Source: Camelus dromedarius
Taxonomy: Eukaryota
Reading direction: 5' to 3'
DNA: 64,000 bases
Assembly: GCF_036321535.1 (NCBI RefSeq)
Contig: NC_087436.1
Coordinates: forward strand, 104,594,001-104,658,000
Part shown: positions 45,521-58,739 of the stretch, piece after piece
Layout of the letters: each line of letters starts with the position of its first letter
Position numbering within the stretch: the first letter of the stretch is position 1
Program-made: the position numbers and the translations under genes
The notes under the pieces: generated by a model
Seen by the model: the letters and a program-made list of their open reading frames with translations, nothing else
Database searches by the model: none
What the model was told of the DNA's origin: nothing

Positions 45521-48500
45521 AGCAAATAAGAACTTCTGGTGACAGAGTTTACTATTTGCAGCCTGTGCGAAGGGCTTTCCTTATGATATTTTATTTAATC
45601 CAATGAAGATAGTATAAGGTAGGTATTCTTTGTCTTATTTTACAGATCAAAAGATTGAGACTCAGATCAGTGCAGTGACTTCTTAAAGATCTCTTGTTGG
45701 TGCATAATAGAGCTAGGATTTGTACTCAAGTGTGGAAGATTCCAAAAGTCATGCTTTTTGGACTACTCTCGATTGCCTCCCAAAGTCATTGGCAATTGAC
45801 GTAATGAAAGGGAAGGGGCAAGAAAAACAGTGATGTCAAGGAGGGTCAAAGTTTCAGGAGTGGGTGACAGGAAGTATGGTAGTACTGTGTATAGAAATTA
45901 GTCAAAGAAGTACCTTTTTCTTGGGAGTTGGGAGTTTTAAAGGAAATTTTGGAAGATGAGTAAGGTTATGAGCTTATTTTGACCTTTCCTTAAGGTAAAA
46001 CACATGAATCAACCCATGTAACAGTGGCAATTAGTGGACACAAAGAGGTCAGAGACTCAGTGTTACAAAAGTGGACCAATAGATTGTCCCATCTCTTGTC
46101 TTGCATTTGGGCTGGCGTGAATGACCTCTCTGTTCTCTGTGCCTTGGCCACCTCACCCTGCAACCCTGCCCGCTCTTCCACCCCTGCCTGCCGGTGCTAA
46201 ACGTCAGCCTGTGGACCCAGTCTGCACAGTTTCTGGAGGGGCGCACCACCTGCCGCCCTAGGGAGGAGGTGGCAGCCGTGTTTTACATCATATGGCCCTG
46301 CCCACTTGGCCACAGCTGACTGGAGACTAACCAAACCATGGATAAGACCAATAACCTATGCCCCACTTTGTGGATGATTAATGTTGAAAGATAAACTTTT
46401 TTCAAAAACAGTTTCTCAGGTCTTCACACAAATGAACATCTGGTAGACCCATAACTCTAATGCTCCAGACCCTTCTAGCCGCTAAACTGTCAGTGTTTTC
46501 AGGGCAGGGCTGAGTCCTTATTAGCCCTGCTGGTCACTCTGTCTTCCAGGTCTGTGCAGTGTGTGGCACGTTGTAGGGTATCAGTAAACATCCATGGATG
46601 AAAGTGTATTTAAATCTTAGCTATGGACACAGATCTGCCTCAAGTAAGGATCTAGAACTGTGTATAGTTGTTTGTGCTTTCACTGCACTACTAAATAGTT
46701 TATTTTACGATATCAGAGGCAGTTATGTCCATGCCTGTGTTCCCTAATAATTATTATAAATGCTGGTAGCGCTGGGTGCTTTTCTGGCTGCTATTATGTT
46801 TCTGACTTGTTACCTCTTCATAGCAACACCAAGCACCAGATATCTTCTAATCTCCATTTTAGGGATGAGTAAACATATACAGAAAAGTTAATTCTTTTGT
46901 CTAAGGGTTACAAAGTTAATTAAGTGGAAGAGCACACCTTTCTCTCCAGGATCTGTGCCCACTGTCTTTTATTCTACACCACCCTTCTGGAATAGATGGT
47001 AAACTCTGAAGTCGGTCTGATTCATCCCCATTATTTCATACTTGTCATCTGGCAGGTGGTCAGTACATGTGTGCAATGTTGAATTGAGTTATCTTTTCCC
47101 AACTTGGCCAACATGGGCTGTAATATTTCATATTATGTATATGTGTATTGCATCCTATATGAGGTAGAGAGGCCTGGTCTTGTTAGGTATAGTGAGAGTT
47201 CAGATCACACTCGGGAAGATGGTCAGAATCTGGGGACTCGTAGGGAGGTAAAGTGAGCTGTTTGGGTCCAGAAAGACCAGAGCAGGATGGCTGGGCTACA
47301 AGGATCTGCATACACTGCTTTGTGATCACTGCAGACATTTGAGAGGATGTGGAGTTACATGGGGCAGGGGTGTCTAGGGCTGAAGGTAACCGATGGCTCC
47401 CTTCATTTTGGAAGACCACTTTGCTCTGTAGAGCAGGGTTAACAGTCCTCTGCTTCAAGAAGTCAACTTCTCTGCCTCAATTAACATTTAGTGGGTGTTA
47501 CAAAGTCAACAGTTAATTTTGACTATTTGATTTTTCCTCAAATATGGCTTTTCCTCTGGGGGAAAAAATGGCTGTGGCGTTCAGTCTATGGGAGACCAGG
47601 GTTTTACTTAGAATTGAAGCTATTTTCAGCACAGGGTGCACCCAGGCCTGGGCTTATACAAGTGCGCCTTGGTAAGCTTCCTCCTGGCATGTCCTGGGAC
47701 AGAATTCATCCTCAGAGAACCCAGGTCCTACAAGTGGTCCACAGCAGGTGTCCTGGAGTCAGAATCTAGCAGCCTGCTTCTCAGATTTCCCTCTGGTTCA
47801 GCCACGGGGCACCACAAGTCTATTCAAGAGAATCCACGTGAGACTTGGAAGCCCAAGTCACATCACCATGGGGACCCACACTGCAGAGTGCGCCCGCAGG
47901 AGGGGCAGAGGGTTCTTCCTAGTGACAGACAAGGCGCAGTGCTTTGGTGCTACTTTGGGCTGTTTGGGGCAACTCTGGAAGCCTGTGACTCCAGTGGCGG
48001 TGGCCGCAGGGAAGGGGTGGCACTGGCAATAGCAGGAGGTCAGGCATACAGTGAGCGGCTTTATGGAACCCTGAGTGGTTTGACCATACCTTTGCCATTT
48101 GTTTGATGCACCTTCGTGGGCATGAGAAGCTTCTGCTGCCATTATTTCTAGGAATCAAGGGCTACAGAAGGGAAAAAAATGGTACACCCAGGGTAGCTGA
48201 GAGGACAGTCTCGTGAGTACACACCACATACCTCCAAGGGACCCCCCCAGGAACTGTTTGGGGGGACTTTGAAGATGGAGAAAGCTAAGTGTCCTGCAAT
48301 AGCAGGCTGGAAAAAAATGACAGAAATAGTATGTGAAGCTCTTCCCCTCAGGCTGGTACTCCCCGAGAAACTGGCTTACATACAGATCAAGAACGGGTAA
48401 AGTTTTCTTTTCCCAGCTTTTCATAGCATACCTGACATTCCATATAATAAGCACAAGCTGCAGGCAGCATTGATGGACCCGTCTTCTGACAGCATCCTTG

Positions 48501-50769
48501 TCCACTGATGGGTTTGACAGCCTGTCAGCTCAGTGCAACCTGTTGATGCCGCCACAGGAGTCAGGCCATTAGAGGCTGTCAACATGAGTGGATGTGTATT
48601 TTCAGTGCTGATAGCACAAATAGGAAATGTTGGCTTGGTTAATATTATTGAATGAGAACCTGATGAAAATTTGCAATCTTGGAACTAAATGCTGACTTTG
48701 GTATGGTTTTATGTGGAAAAATTCAATTCGTGGTGCCTATTTATTTTTAACAGGATGCTCAAAAGGGAGTCTCTCTATCCTAGAGTGTTTTTCAGAAGAT
48801 CAAAAGCTGAGAACAGTAAAATAAGTGCTCAGTGCCACCTTGTCTGCAGGAAGGGGCTAGACCTCCATATACAACATAATAAGAAATGACAAAGCACCTT
48901 CTGCCAGCTTTGGCCCAAGCACCCTGCCTGGGTTTATGGAAGAAAAGAAAGAGGTGAGGAGGCCAGTGGACAAAAAGAATTCCATGGGGTGCTTTGTGGG
49001 GTTCTGGGCATTTCTGTCCCCACTACATAGGGGTAAGGAAAGGAGTGCCTTCCCTTCACCGTAAGCCGAGTGAGAAGGGCTGCTGGGAAGCTGCTTGCAG
49101 AGATGGGTAAGAGTCTCCTGGAGCTTAGAGCTGCCGGGACTGGTGTCTGACTCTCATGAGAAGAGTCTGAAGGCTAGAGGCTGGCATCCCTTAGCCTTCC
49201 TCTACTGCCCAACTGAATGCGCCGGGCCTTAGCTGTGTCCACGCCACGCCGGTTCCTTTAAGAGGGCACTTCTGTTAGCACAGAAGCAGCTGGCTTTTAC
49301 TGAGCACCGAAGATATTTCAGCCACTGTTCCGTGCACTTCAGACACTTTCCCGTGGAATACCCCCATCAGCTCTGCAAGGTGCGTGCTGTTGGCACCCTC
49401 ATCTCACAGATGCAAAAGGTCAGGCAAACTTGCCTGAGAACTATAGAGCTGGTGGGTCGTGGGGCAAGGGTTTATGTTCAGGCAGCCTGGTGCTGCAGAG
49501 CAGACTCTTAACCACCGTGTTCTACCACCATGGGATGCACCAAGGCTGAGTTAAAAGGGAAAAAGCCCTGCCTGCCAGTTTCCTCACCTTCCAGAAGTAA
49601 GAGCAGGAACAATCTTCCTCCTTCTGCCTCCTCTGCCCTTGCCTGCTTTCCTCCACCTCATTGAGAGGAGTTCAAGGTGAATCCGCCCTCCCATCTGAGC
49701 CTGGACGCCATCTCTCACCTCTCCTCTGGGACTGTGCTTCATATAAACCCTCTCTGCTATGTCTTCACATCCATTCTCTACCCTGATTTAAGAGCTAGTG
49801 GTAGAGGACCTTTTAGGAGACAGACTATCTCAGTGGGCCATTTTGCCTGGAGAGAGGGCCATCTGGGCAGGCCAGGCTGGATGAGGAAGGGGACAAGAAT
49901 GTAAACTGCTCAGTAGAAGAAATAAATAAGAATTTGCTGGAGGGAAAAAGAAGGTCTTGACATTATGACAGGGTGAGACAGGAACCCAAGTAAAAGAAAG
50001 AACCAAAGAGAATTCTTTGAGGACCAAACTGGCGAAAGGATTTTTAAGAAAGGGACTCTCGTCCAACGTTGTGGTTTTCTGTGATAAGCTGTGACGCGAT
50101 ACCCCAGCGCTCGGGTGAAGCTGGCTACACACTGTCTTGAACTGATGGCCCTTTGAGCAGTGAAGGGTTTGAAGTGGGGCCTTGGGGAATGGAGAAGCTC
50201 TTCTGGAGGATGGAACAGGAAGCAGAGAGGGAGAAAACAGTAGAAATGTGGAACTGAGGGAATTAGAAGAAACTCGAGTCACTTCTCCTTTCCGAGGCAG
50301 TCTGGTGTGTAGGGAGGAATGACAGATTTACTAGGATGTGTAGGAATGGCGTCTGAGCCAATTTCTACCTAATTCTTAAGGACCAATTGATCACAACAAC
50401 CTGAAAAACTTGGGGTCACCCAGAGTTGCATCTCTCTCCTTGGTCCACGTTCTCAACTTCTTTGTTACAGACATTTCAACTCATCCCTGATCTCTGTCTT
50501 CATCTTAGCCACTCCTATTTAACACAGATTTAATGTCTCTTCTGTTCTGACCTTGGCTCCATTTCCTGGCTTCTGATTTTCTCTCTTCTCCACAACTCAT
50601 CACTTCAGAAATGCCCTCCTGGGTAAAAATCTCCCTAGCTCAATCAGCTCCTGGTAACACCCCTTCTGTTTTCTGCTCCACCCTCTCTTCTCATTCAGGT
50701 TATCTCAGGTCTGTGCGCAAAAACCGGGACGATGCTGGGATTTCTGTAGATGTACCTTCTGGAGGAGGT

Positions 50770-51420
50770 GCAGTGGTTAGGGCTCAGCTGTTTCAAACAC
50801 ACTCTGATCAGTTTAAAGCATAAAGGGATTTATTAAGGAGTGTTTGGTGGCTTATAGAATTATTGGGAAGTTTGAGTTTACAGGAAAAACTCTCAAAGCC
50901 ATACTCCAGAACAGGGATAGCAAATTAGCTACTAAATCTTCCATAATCAGAAACCTACTCAGCAGATTTGGACACTGCTGCTGTAGCTGCTAACTCTAGA
51001 CGCAGCTCCTGTGGCCATGATCAGGAATCCAGTACAATCTGGGCGCACAGTCAGGACCCCAGCGCCATCAAGAGCTTGCCGTAATCAGCGAGCTCCTGAT
51101 CCTTGCCGGCTTTAGAATCCATACTCGCAAAATGGATGGCTTGCATCTTGCCACGCGACTCACACAGAGCTAACGGGTTTACTGGGACCACACCAATTCT
51201 GCCATGGTGGGTGTGGGCTTGCAGGAGTTGCAGAAGCAGAATGTAGCATCCATACCACTAGCCACCTCAGTCTTGCACTAGTGATTCCAATGAGTGGAAT
51301 CCAAATGATATTTAGAACTCTAGCTGCAAAGAAGCCTGAGAAATACTGTTTAGCTTTGCAATCACTTCTGTACAAGCAGGCACATCAGAAGGAAGCTGGA
51401 AGGGATGTTGTGCTTTGACC
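50770..51420. mobile_element. Old MLT1K/L-like LTR
   Basis: ACTCTGATCAGTTTAAAGCATAAAGGGATTTATTAAGG...CTCTAGCTGCAAAGAAGCCTGAGAAATACTG. Confidence 0.62.
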
Positions 51421-53119
51421 AGTTGTGTTTAGCACAGAGGGTTAACCTTGCTTTTCAATGGCTCTTTAGAATCTCTTTCTCTAAACAGATTTATTGCCCA
51501 CCTCTTTGGAATGACTGAGGATGGTCCTATTTGGCTCAGGGAAGGATGACTCATTATCAGACTATTATTTATCATAGATTGCACTGTAGCCTCTTCCAAC
51601 TTGTTGACGCACAGTAATTTAGCCATGGCCAAGGGTAGATAAACAGCCCCCTTCCCTCCACGGCACTAAGTCATTGCACACGTTTGTTCACAATCTGTAC
51701 TACAGACAGTGTGAGGTCCACCAGGTAGATCTCTTTTCTGGAACAGTAACAAAAGCAGAAAAGATAAAATCCTTCAGATTTTTTTTCCAAGGGAAATAAA
51801 GAAGCAACAAGTCAAGTAGCAGATACTTATTTTCAGCACCATGTTTTAATTATCTCCATCTCTCTTGCAGCTCAAAATAGTATGCACTATCTTTTCTCTT
51901 GTTTTTTGAGTGTTCTCCAGTTATGTCCAGCTGGTTCCAGTCATTAGTGGACTCTTCCTCAGATAGTCCAGTCCTACTGGAAACAGGAAATACTGGAAAA
52001 TTCACTAGAAAATCAGGTCTATTTCTGGCCTAGTTTTGCTAGAGTTTTGATAAGTATCCAAACTTTTGCTTGTTTATTCAAATTAAACTTCTGAATCTCT
52101 TGAGATTCACCCTTTGCAACTGGTAAGCCAACAGCCTGCAGGAAAAAAAAAATGACACATTTTCTGGCTGAGCCTTGGAAAAATGTCTTTCCTCTCTGCC
52201 AGGTTTACTAATTTACATGTGTTCCAAAGCTGAGGCCAACTGGTTGAAATTGGAAAGAAGATTTTTTAACAACTGAACTATCCAACATTGACAATTATTA
52301 ACTAAATTAAATCTTATTTATTCTTATTTAAGGTTATGAAAGAATATGTGCATTATTAAAAATTATATAGACTGAGTTTCAAAAATATAGTTTAAAATGC
52401 ATAGTGATTAGGTCATAGAATCCGAGAACTTGTACTTAGACTAGAACTTCTGAGTACCGATATTCTGATAGGTTATCCTCAGTTGTCCTGGGTCAGTGGG
52501 TGTTACTGTAAATATGGTTTAGTTTCTAATCCAATGTTAGAAAATCCTTGGCAGGCAATGAGAATGCATTTGTTTGGAGAAAAGCAATAACTAGTATCAG
52601 GGAAAAAACATGACATTAAAATAACTCTCCATCAGAATTTTCTGTTGATTCAAATTGTGGGGCCAGTTACTTGAACTTGGTTGAGTTATTTAACTTTTCT
52701 GAGCTTATTTTCTCATCTATGTGGCATTCAAGTGTTTCTGTTCTCACCAACCTGTTGGTTTAGAAGGGCTTGGTTTAAGGGTGATAAAGCATATCCAACT
52801 AATTCTTGTTTTAGCTAGTTAAGAGAATACTCAAATATTTCTGAAAGTCTCAGTCTTGCATTAACTCCCGGGCAAGTCCACTTAGCTCTCATGTTGACTG
52901 CCATGTAGAGTACATCTTCTTCTTTTATTTTTCCTCTTCTGATAGGCATCATCATATCTCCTGGTTACTGTTGAGAAATAACATCTCCTGCTGGGCACCA
53001 CCTCTCCAATGCCAAACTTCTCCTGGTGTAGGCAACAATGCACTGCATGCTTTGAGGTGTCAAAGCTATAGGGTGGTTCATGGCCAAGTGGGGATGAGGC
53101 TGCCTCACTCCATGTGTTA

Positions 53120-53720
53120 ATTAGGATGTTTCTGGTTGCAGGTTAATTGAAAACTCTACCCAGTCTGGATCAAAGAAGTGGAATTTACTGTCTGTTAAAA
53201 CAAATTAGAAGCCCAAAGTGTAGAAGGCATTATGTACCAGTGAAGATTAGGTTAGGCTGTGAGAAACAGAGAACCAAACTAACAGTGGCTTAAATGAGCT
53301 TTGTTTTGCCCCGACACATACAAGGCCAGAGATAGGAAGACCACGGCTTCTAGCGTAACTGTACTCAACAAAATCTGGAGAAACTTTCATCTTCTTCCAG
53401 GCTCCTTCCAGCTTACTACTCTGTCATTTCCTAAAGGAGTAAGCACTGTTGTGATAGTCTGAGATGGTGGCCAGAGCTCCCCTCGTTGTATTCATGCTCC
53501 CAGCAGCAGGGAGGAAAAATGACGAAGATGTCCATGAACCAGCTGTCTTGTAAGGAAGATTCCTAGAAACTGTCACGGCTCATATTCCATCAGCCAGAGC
53601 TCAGTCACATGGACAGACCAAATTGCAAAGAGATGATGTATTTATTCTGGATGGCCATGTGTCCAGCTCTAACAGAGACTCTAATATATCGAAGTTGGGG
53701 AGAATAAATGTGGGAAGGAT
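53120..53720. mobile_element. Old MLT1J/K-like LTR(s)
   Basis: TTAGGATGTTTCTGGTTGCAGG...GATTAGGTTAGGCTGTGAGAAACAGAG...CAGCCAGAGCTCAGTCACATGG...TATTCTGGATGGCCATGTGTCCAGCT. Confidence 0.68.
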
Positions 53721-55547
53721 AGTTTCTGCCAAAACACCTTCAGGTTGATGAACTCCAGGGGCTTCAACTCTGTTTTCTCATGATTCTGTTGGCTGTGTTT
53801 TACTCAGTGTTTTGGCTTCATTCAAATTTGGTAACAAAACAACAGAAACAGTTCCAGAACATGCCCACCATGACAATGTCCAGAAAAAGGAGGTTGCTTC
53901 TGGACATTCTCCTTAAGGAATGTAAGAGAATTTTCCCACAAGACCTTAGCAAAGCTGGATTGCATCCGCCGCTCACTCTTGAGCCAATCAATGGCCAGGG
54001 GAAGGGATTACATCAACACCAGTCAAGCCCATCAGCAGACTAGTCATGGAGCCAGTTTCCACATGGTAACCTTCCTCTTTAAGGAAGAAGAGTGGGTAAC
54101 TTCAAAAAGTTGGGATTATGTTAGGAAAGAAGAAAGGAGGAGAATAGATATTGGGTAGAGGACCCTCAAGTCTGGGCCAGGGATTCAGAGGGGTAGGCAT
54201 ACAAAGTTTTTAGAGAATGACTCTTTATGATTTTTTGTTTTGTTTTTATACCATTAGCTTCTTAGGACCCAGATACGAATCCTTTTTTGTGGATTCAAAG
54301 ATATCAATGGCAAACACCACATTCTACTGACCCTTTCAATAGAGTGTTTGTAACTGGGTCAAGATCATTGTGCTCAGCTTCCTTTAGTGTGAATTCCCTT
54401 TCAAAGTTCTTCAGTCCTTTATACAGATAGACATCTGATGGCTTACTCTACTGGGCACAGCAAGGTGAACATAGCTTAAGGCCAAGTTGGAAACTATTCT
54501 GTATATAAAATGGGAATAGTAGTTACCAACCCCAAAAGGTTTTTAGGAAAATTAAATATGTGGTCTTTGAGTGTAAGTTCTCATCTCTTCACACCTCCAA
54601 ATCCCCAAAGAACAGTGTAAGACACATGGTAGTAAATAATACATAGTTGTTAGATGTGTTTGGCACTAGATTAAACAAGATAGCACATGTTGAGTACTTA
54701 GCATAGAGTAGGAATTTTATAAATGTGAATTCTCTTTCTGGAGAGGCTCTTCATTTCATCAGTCACCACCACTCCAGAGGAATTTCAACAACTGAGGACT
54801 ATTCACTGGGTTTCTGGTTTATGTCAAACATCGAGACCAAATTTATTTTTAGACTACCCCAAAATCATGTCCCATGCTGAAACACACAGGACAACAATTT
54901 ATTTATTTTCCCCCCTGGGAGAGGAGTGAAAGGAAGAGCATTCTTTCACTGTAATTTAGTGGAGAGAAGTCCTGTTGAGGTGGCAATCATAAATAGCTGA
55001 GTCCAGTGTGTTGAGCACCTCGCAGTATGGAAATTGAGGAGCCCTGGGTAAATGACTTGACACTTGCGTTAATTACTGAATGAAACATTTTAATGAAGAA
55101 GGAGGCAATTGTTAGCAAATGCAGTTTAACTGCAACGAGGTGGTAAAAACTTGCATCTTATTATTGATCTTACAAGGGCTGTAAGTAAGAGAAGAAATGG
55201 TGAGAATTATAGGCCATTTTCTTTTTATTAGACATTTCATTATAATCTTTTCAGACAAGGCATGGATATTTCCTGGGTTGTTTAAACTTTGTCTAATTAT
55301 GTAAAATTACCTTAGAGCATTTGCAGTATTACTTTTTTTTTCTATTTTGAACAGTGGTTATCCTACTGGAACTTCATATATTAGTTTTAAAGTATACTGT
55401 AAAGGTTAAAGGCTCTCTGATACAAGTTTATGTGTTTGTAAACATGGCGTTGACGTGTGTGAACTGAGTGTGTTAAATAACCCTCTAGGAGTTATGTGAA
55501 AGGGCTGCTTCCTCTGACAGAATTGATTTTCTTCCTTTGTTCTCAAG

Positions 55548-55556
55548 GAAGATGGT
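55548..55556 (+). other. Candidate 9-nt microexon (host gene unknown)
   Basis: CTGAC branch-like motif at 55514-55518, pyrimidine tract TTTTCTTCCTTTGTTCTC, AAG|GAAGATGGT|GTAAGT. Confidence 0.3.
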
Positions 55557-55859
55557 GTAAGTCAGTCATTCCACACCTGCAGTGAGAATCAGGGATTGGC
55601 ACTTTCAGGGGCTGGTTGGAAGATGGCCCCCTTCTCTCCTCCAGCCTTATTAAATGATGTCTTTTCCCCAAACTCAATCTCCCGTCTCAGTCCTGGAGGA
55701 GAACATCCCCTTGAGACAGAAAGTTCACAGACCAGAATCTTCCAAATGGGAAAACTGTTAGTGTTTTACCAAGTACTTTTACACATAGAAATAGTCCCTT
55801 CTGCACTCTTCAAAGAACCTCTCACTGGCTCTTCCACAGGTATTTATGATGCATTGTTT

Positions 55860-56100
55860 GACAGTGATGAATAGGACAGAGGAAGCCTCTGTTTCCATGG
55901 TGCTCCCATGTTCAAGGAAGAGACTGACCAAAATCTAGTAAATTAACAGTAATAACCATGATAATGTCAGATAATGAGAGAGCTGTCAGAGACTAAAACA
56001 AGTACAGTGGTGAAGAGTGAATAAGACCCACATTAAATGGGGTGTGCCCAGGAAGACCTCTTGGAGGAGGTGACATTTGCTCTGGGACCTGGTTGAAAAT
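55860..56100 (-). mobile_element. L2 fragment
   Basis: CAGGAAGACCTCTTGGAGGAGGTGACATTTG. Confidence 0.65.
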
Positions 56101-57631
56101 GTTTTTATTGTTTCTACCTTGAATCATAGTTTATTGATTTTAATTTATACCCTAAGCTTCTTAAGGGCATTATCTTTTTCTAACTCATCTTTGTATCCTG
56201 CCAAGCTTATAGCCTTGAGCCTTACACTCAGGAGGTGTCCAATTAATAGTTGTTAAATGAGTGATGATTATCTCATATAGACGAAAAAAGCTCTCAGAGC
56301 TAAGAATTATTAACTATGGTATACAGAGAGGTCAAGACACTTGATCAAGGTGGTAAGTGGGATATTAGGATTCAAACCCACTCCATCATGCTGATCTTTC
56401 AAGAAGCCCAAGGGTAGATTTTTTAAAGAATGGGAATGCAATGTTTGGTAGGGATTTTAAACTTTCTAAAATCACAGAGATACTAGTTTAAAAAATACAA
56501 AACACCAGGATCAAGAGGTTGAGAATTCTGCAGTCTGTTGGGAAATGATGGTTCAGGTGGGATGCAGAGCATGGATGGAAGAGAATGGAATTTTATCTGA
56601 GTTATCAATTTTTAGTCTCTGAGTGGAGAGCTGCTTTACATCAGAGAGAAAAAATTTTCAGCGGTTTAAAATTTAATTCTAATTATCTAGGTTCTAGAAT
56701 AGCCCAGCATTTTCAGTGAAGTAGTGCTGTGAATTAGGTGAGCAATATTGTGGGAATTTAGGGCATAAATTTAAAACATTCTAAGGTTATCATCTGGTTT
56801 AACCTGAAGTTACTTCATTGCTCTTTTGTGACTTGAATTGGACTTTGTGATATTTACCTTTTAACCTAACTTGGAAATTCATGTTTCTGAAGGTACTCAT
56901 TCCAGGGAAGATGCCATCTACTCATCCACAGGCAGAGTTTGGGGAAATATTAATCAGAAGAGAAATGTTTCATTAGAGAAGGAAAGTGCACAAAGTTTAG
57001 ATTACAGATATAGAATGTGTTAAGTTCATGAATTCAGGGTAACTTGCGCCAAACAATGAGACATTGTGGGAGAGTGGACGAGAGAAGGAGGAGGCTATGG
57101 AATGTTTACGTTCTTATTTGTGCAAGAGTATGATGAGCCAAGAACACAGTCGGAGTTCAGCTAGATGGAGCATTCCTGGTACTGCCTCCTCATGGGATTA
57201 ATATCATCATGAGAAAAGTCACATATAAATGAAGGAGGCTGTAATTAGGGGTGTACAAATAATGCCATTTTGGAAAAAGTTTGCTGAGGAGCTTAGGAAG
57301 ATCTGTGTACTGAACAAAGGGTGAGGTTATAAAGATCTCATGGTGCAAATGCAAATGATCGTACTTGAGTCTGTGGACTTGGAAACTTCTTGAGTAATGA
57401 AGACCTGGTAAATTTCTTGCTGACTTGGTCACAGGCAGTATAAATTTGACAAATGTGGGTGAAGTCAAATTGCCTCGTTTTTTCCAGTGATGGTCTTTCT
57501 GAATGGAGGACACCAGGAACTATTCCTCTTAATCAAATCATGCAGCAGTTGTGGGGACTTGCTACTGTTACTACTTTTCCTGCTTCTCTTTGTTACTAAG
57601 GAGAGTCCGACCCACTGAAAGTGGTTAGGAT

Positions 57632-58164
57632 TGGGTGGTAGGAACCTCCTGGTATTTGTGTCCTTGTGTAATCCCCTTCCCTTGAGTGTAATTTGAATTT
57701 ACTAACTCACTTCTAACAAATAGACTATGGTAGAAATAATTGGATGCCCTCATGAAAATTTTAGGCTATAAAAAGACCGTGGCTTCCTCTTGGGCACATA
57801 GTCTCTTGCTTTCTCTTTTAGATCCCTCAGTCTAAGGGAAGTGACTTTCATGTAGTGAGCAACCCTATGGAGAGGCCCAAGTGGTGAGGAGTTGATTTCC
57901 TTAGCCAACAACCAGCAAAGACCTGTGGCATGCCAAGAGTCACGTGAATGAACTTGGAAGTGACTCCTGCTCCAGTTGAGCATTCAGATGATTGCAGCTT
58001 CAGCTGATATCTTGGTTGCAATTCTGTGAAAGACCATGAGTTAGAAGCCCCCAGTTAAGCCTGACCTGGAATCGTGACCCACACAAACTGTGAGATAATA
58101 AATATTTACTGTTTTTAGAAACTAAGTTGTGGAATGATTTACTATACAATAGATAACTAATACA
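57632..58164 (+). mobile_element. MLT1E/F-like LTR
   Basis: TGTGTAATCCCCTTCCCTTGAGTG...GAGAGGCCCAAGTGGTGAGGA...GTGACCCACACAAACTGTGAGATAATAAATA...ATAGATAACTAATACA. Confidence 0.88.
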
Positions 58165-58299
58165 AATAGAAAAAAGGGAGGATCAATATGAGACAGAAAC
58201 AGCTCCAAGGGAGAATTTTAACTCATAGTAAATTGTAAAACAGTACATCACTAAACCTATTTAGTTGTGATTTTGAAAGGCTTAATAATGTTTGATATA

Positions 58300-58730
58300 T
58301 TAGTTTAAACTTGTAAATTTTTGTAATTTCTATCACTTCACTGATATTCTCTATTTGGGAGACAGTGTTCTCATACATTTGTTTAGTCCTTTAAACATGA
58401 TTTCCTTTGGTTCTTTGAACATATTTAAAATAGTTGATTTAAAGCTTGGTCTAGGAAGTCCAACACCTGTGCTCTGCAGAGACAATTTCTACTGACTACT
58501 TTTTTCCTGTGTATGAGCCATACTTTCTTGTTTCTCTGCATGTCTTGTAATTTTTTGTTGAAACTGGACATTTTAAATAATATAATATGGCAACTGTGGA
58601 GATCAGATTCTCCTCCATTCCTAAGTTTTGTTGTTGTTGTTTGTTGTATTATTTGTGTATTCATTTTGTGACTTTTCTGCACTAATTCTGTGAATTCTGT
58701 ATTCTTTGTTATTAATTCATCTATTGCTCT
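58300..58730 (-). mobile_element. Ancient L1 5' region / ORF1 N-terminus remnant
   Basis: Minus-strand peptide FNKKLQDMQRNKKVWLIHRKK...AQVLDFLDQALNQLF resembles the L1M ORF1 start (...QTLDLLDKDFKSAI). Confidence 0.75.
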
Positions 58731-58739
58731 ACTCACCCT

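Noticed and set aside
47636-48106. 156-aa ORF and overlapping ORFs on both strands
   Set aside because: No recognisable domain. Overlapping open frames on both strands are expected in GC-rich DNA.
57190-57513. Minus-strand 107-aa ORF faintly resembling olfactory receptor TM1-TM2 (DHLHLH..IF...PKLL)
   Set aside because: Spacing and hallmark motifs (LHTPMY, MAYDRYVAIC) do not fit. More likely a decayed ancient LINE or chance.
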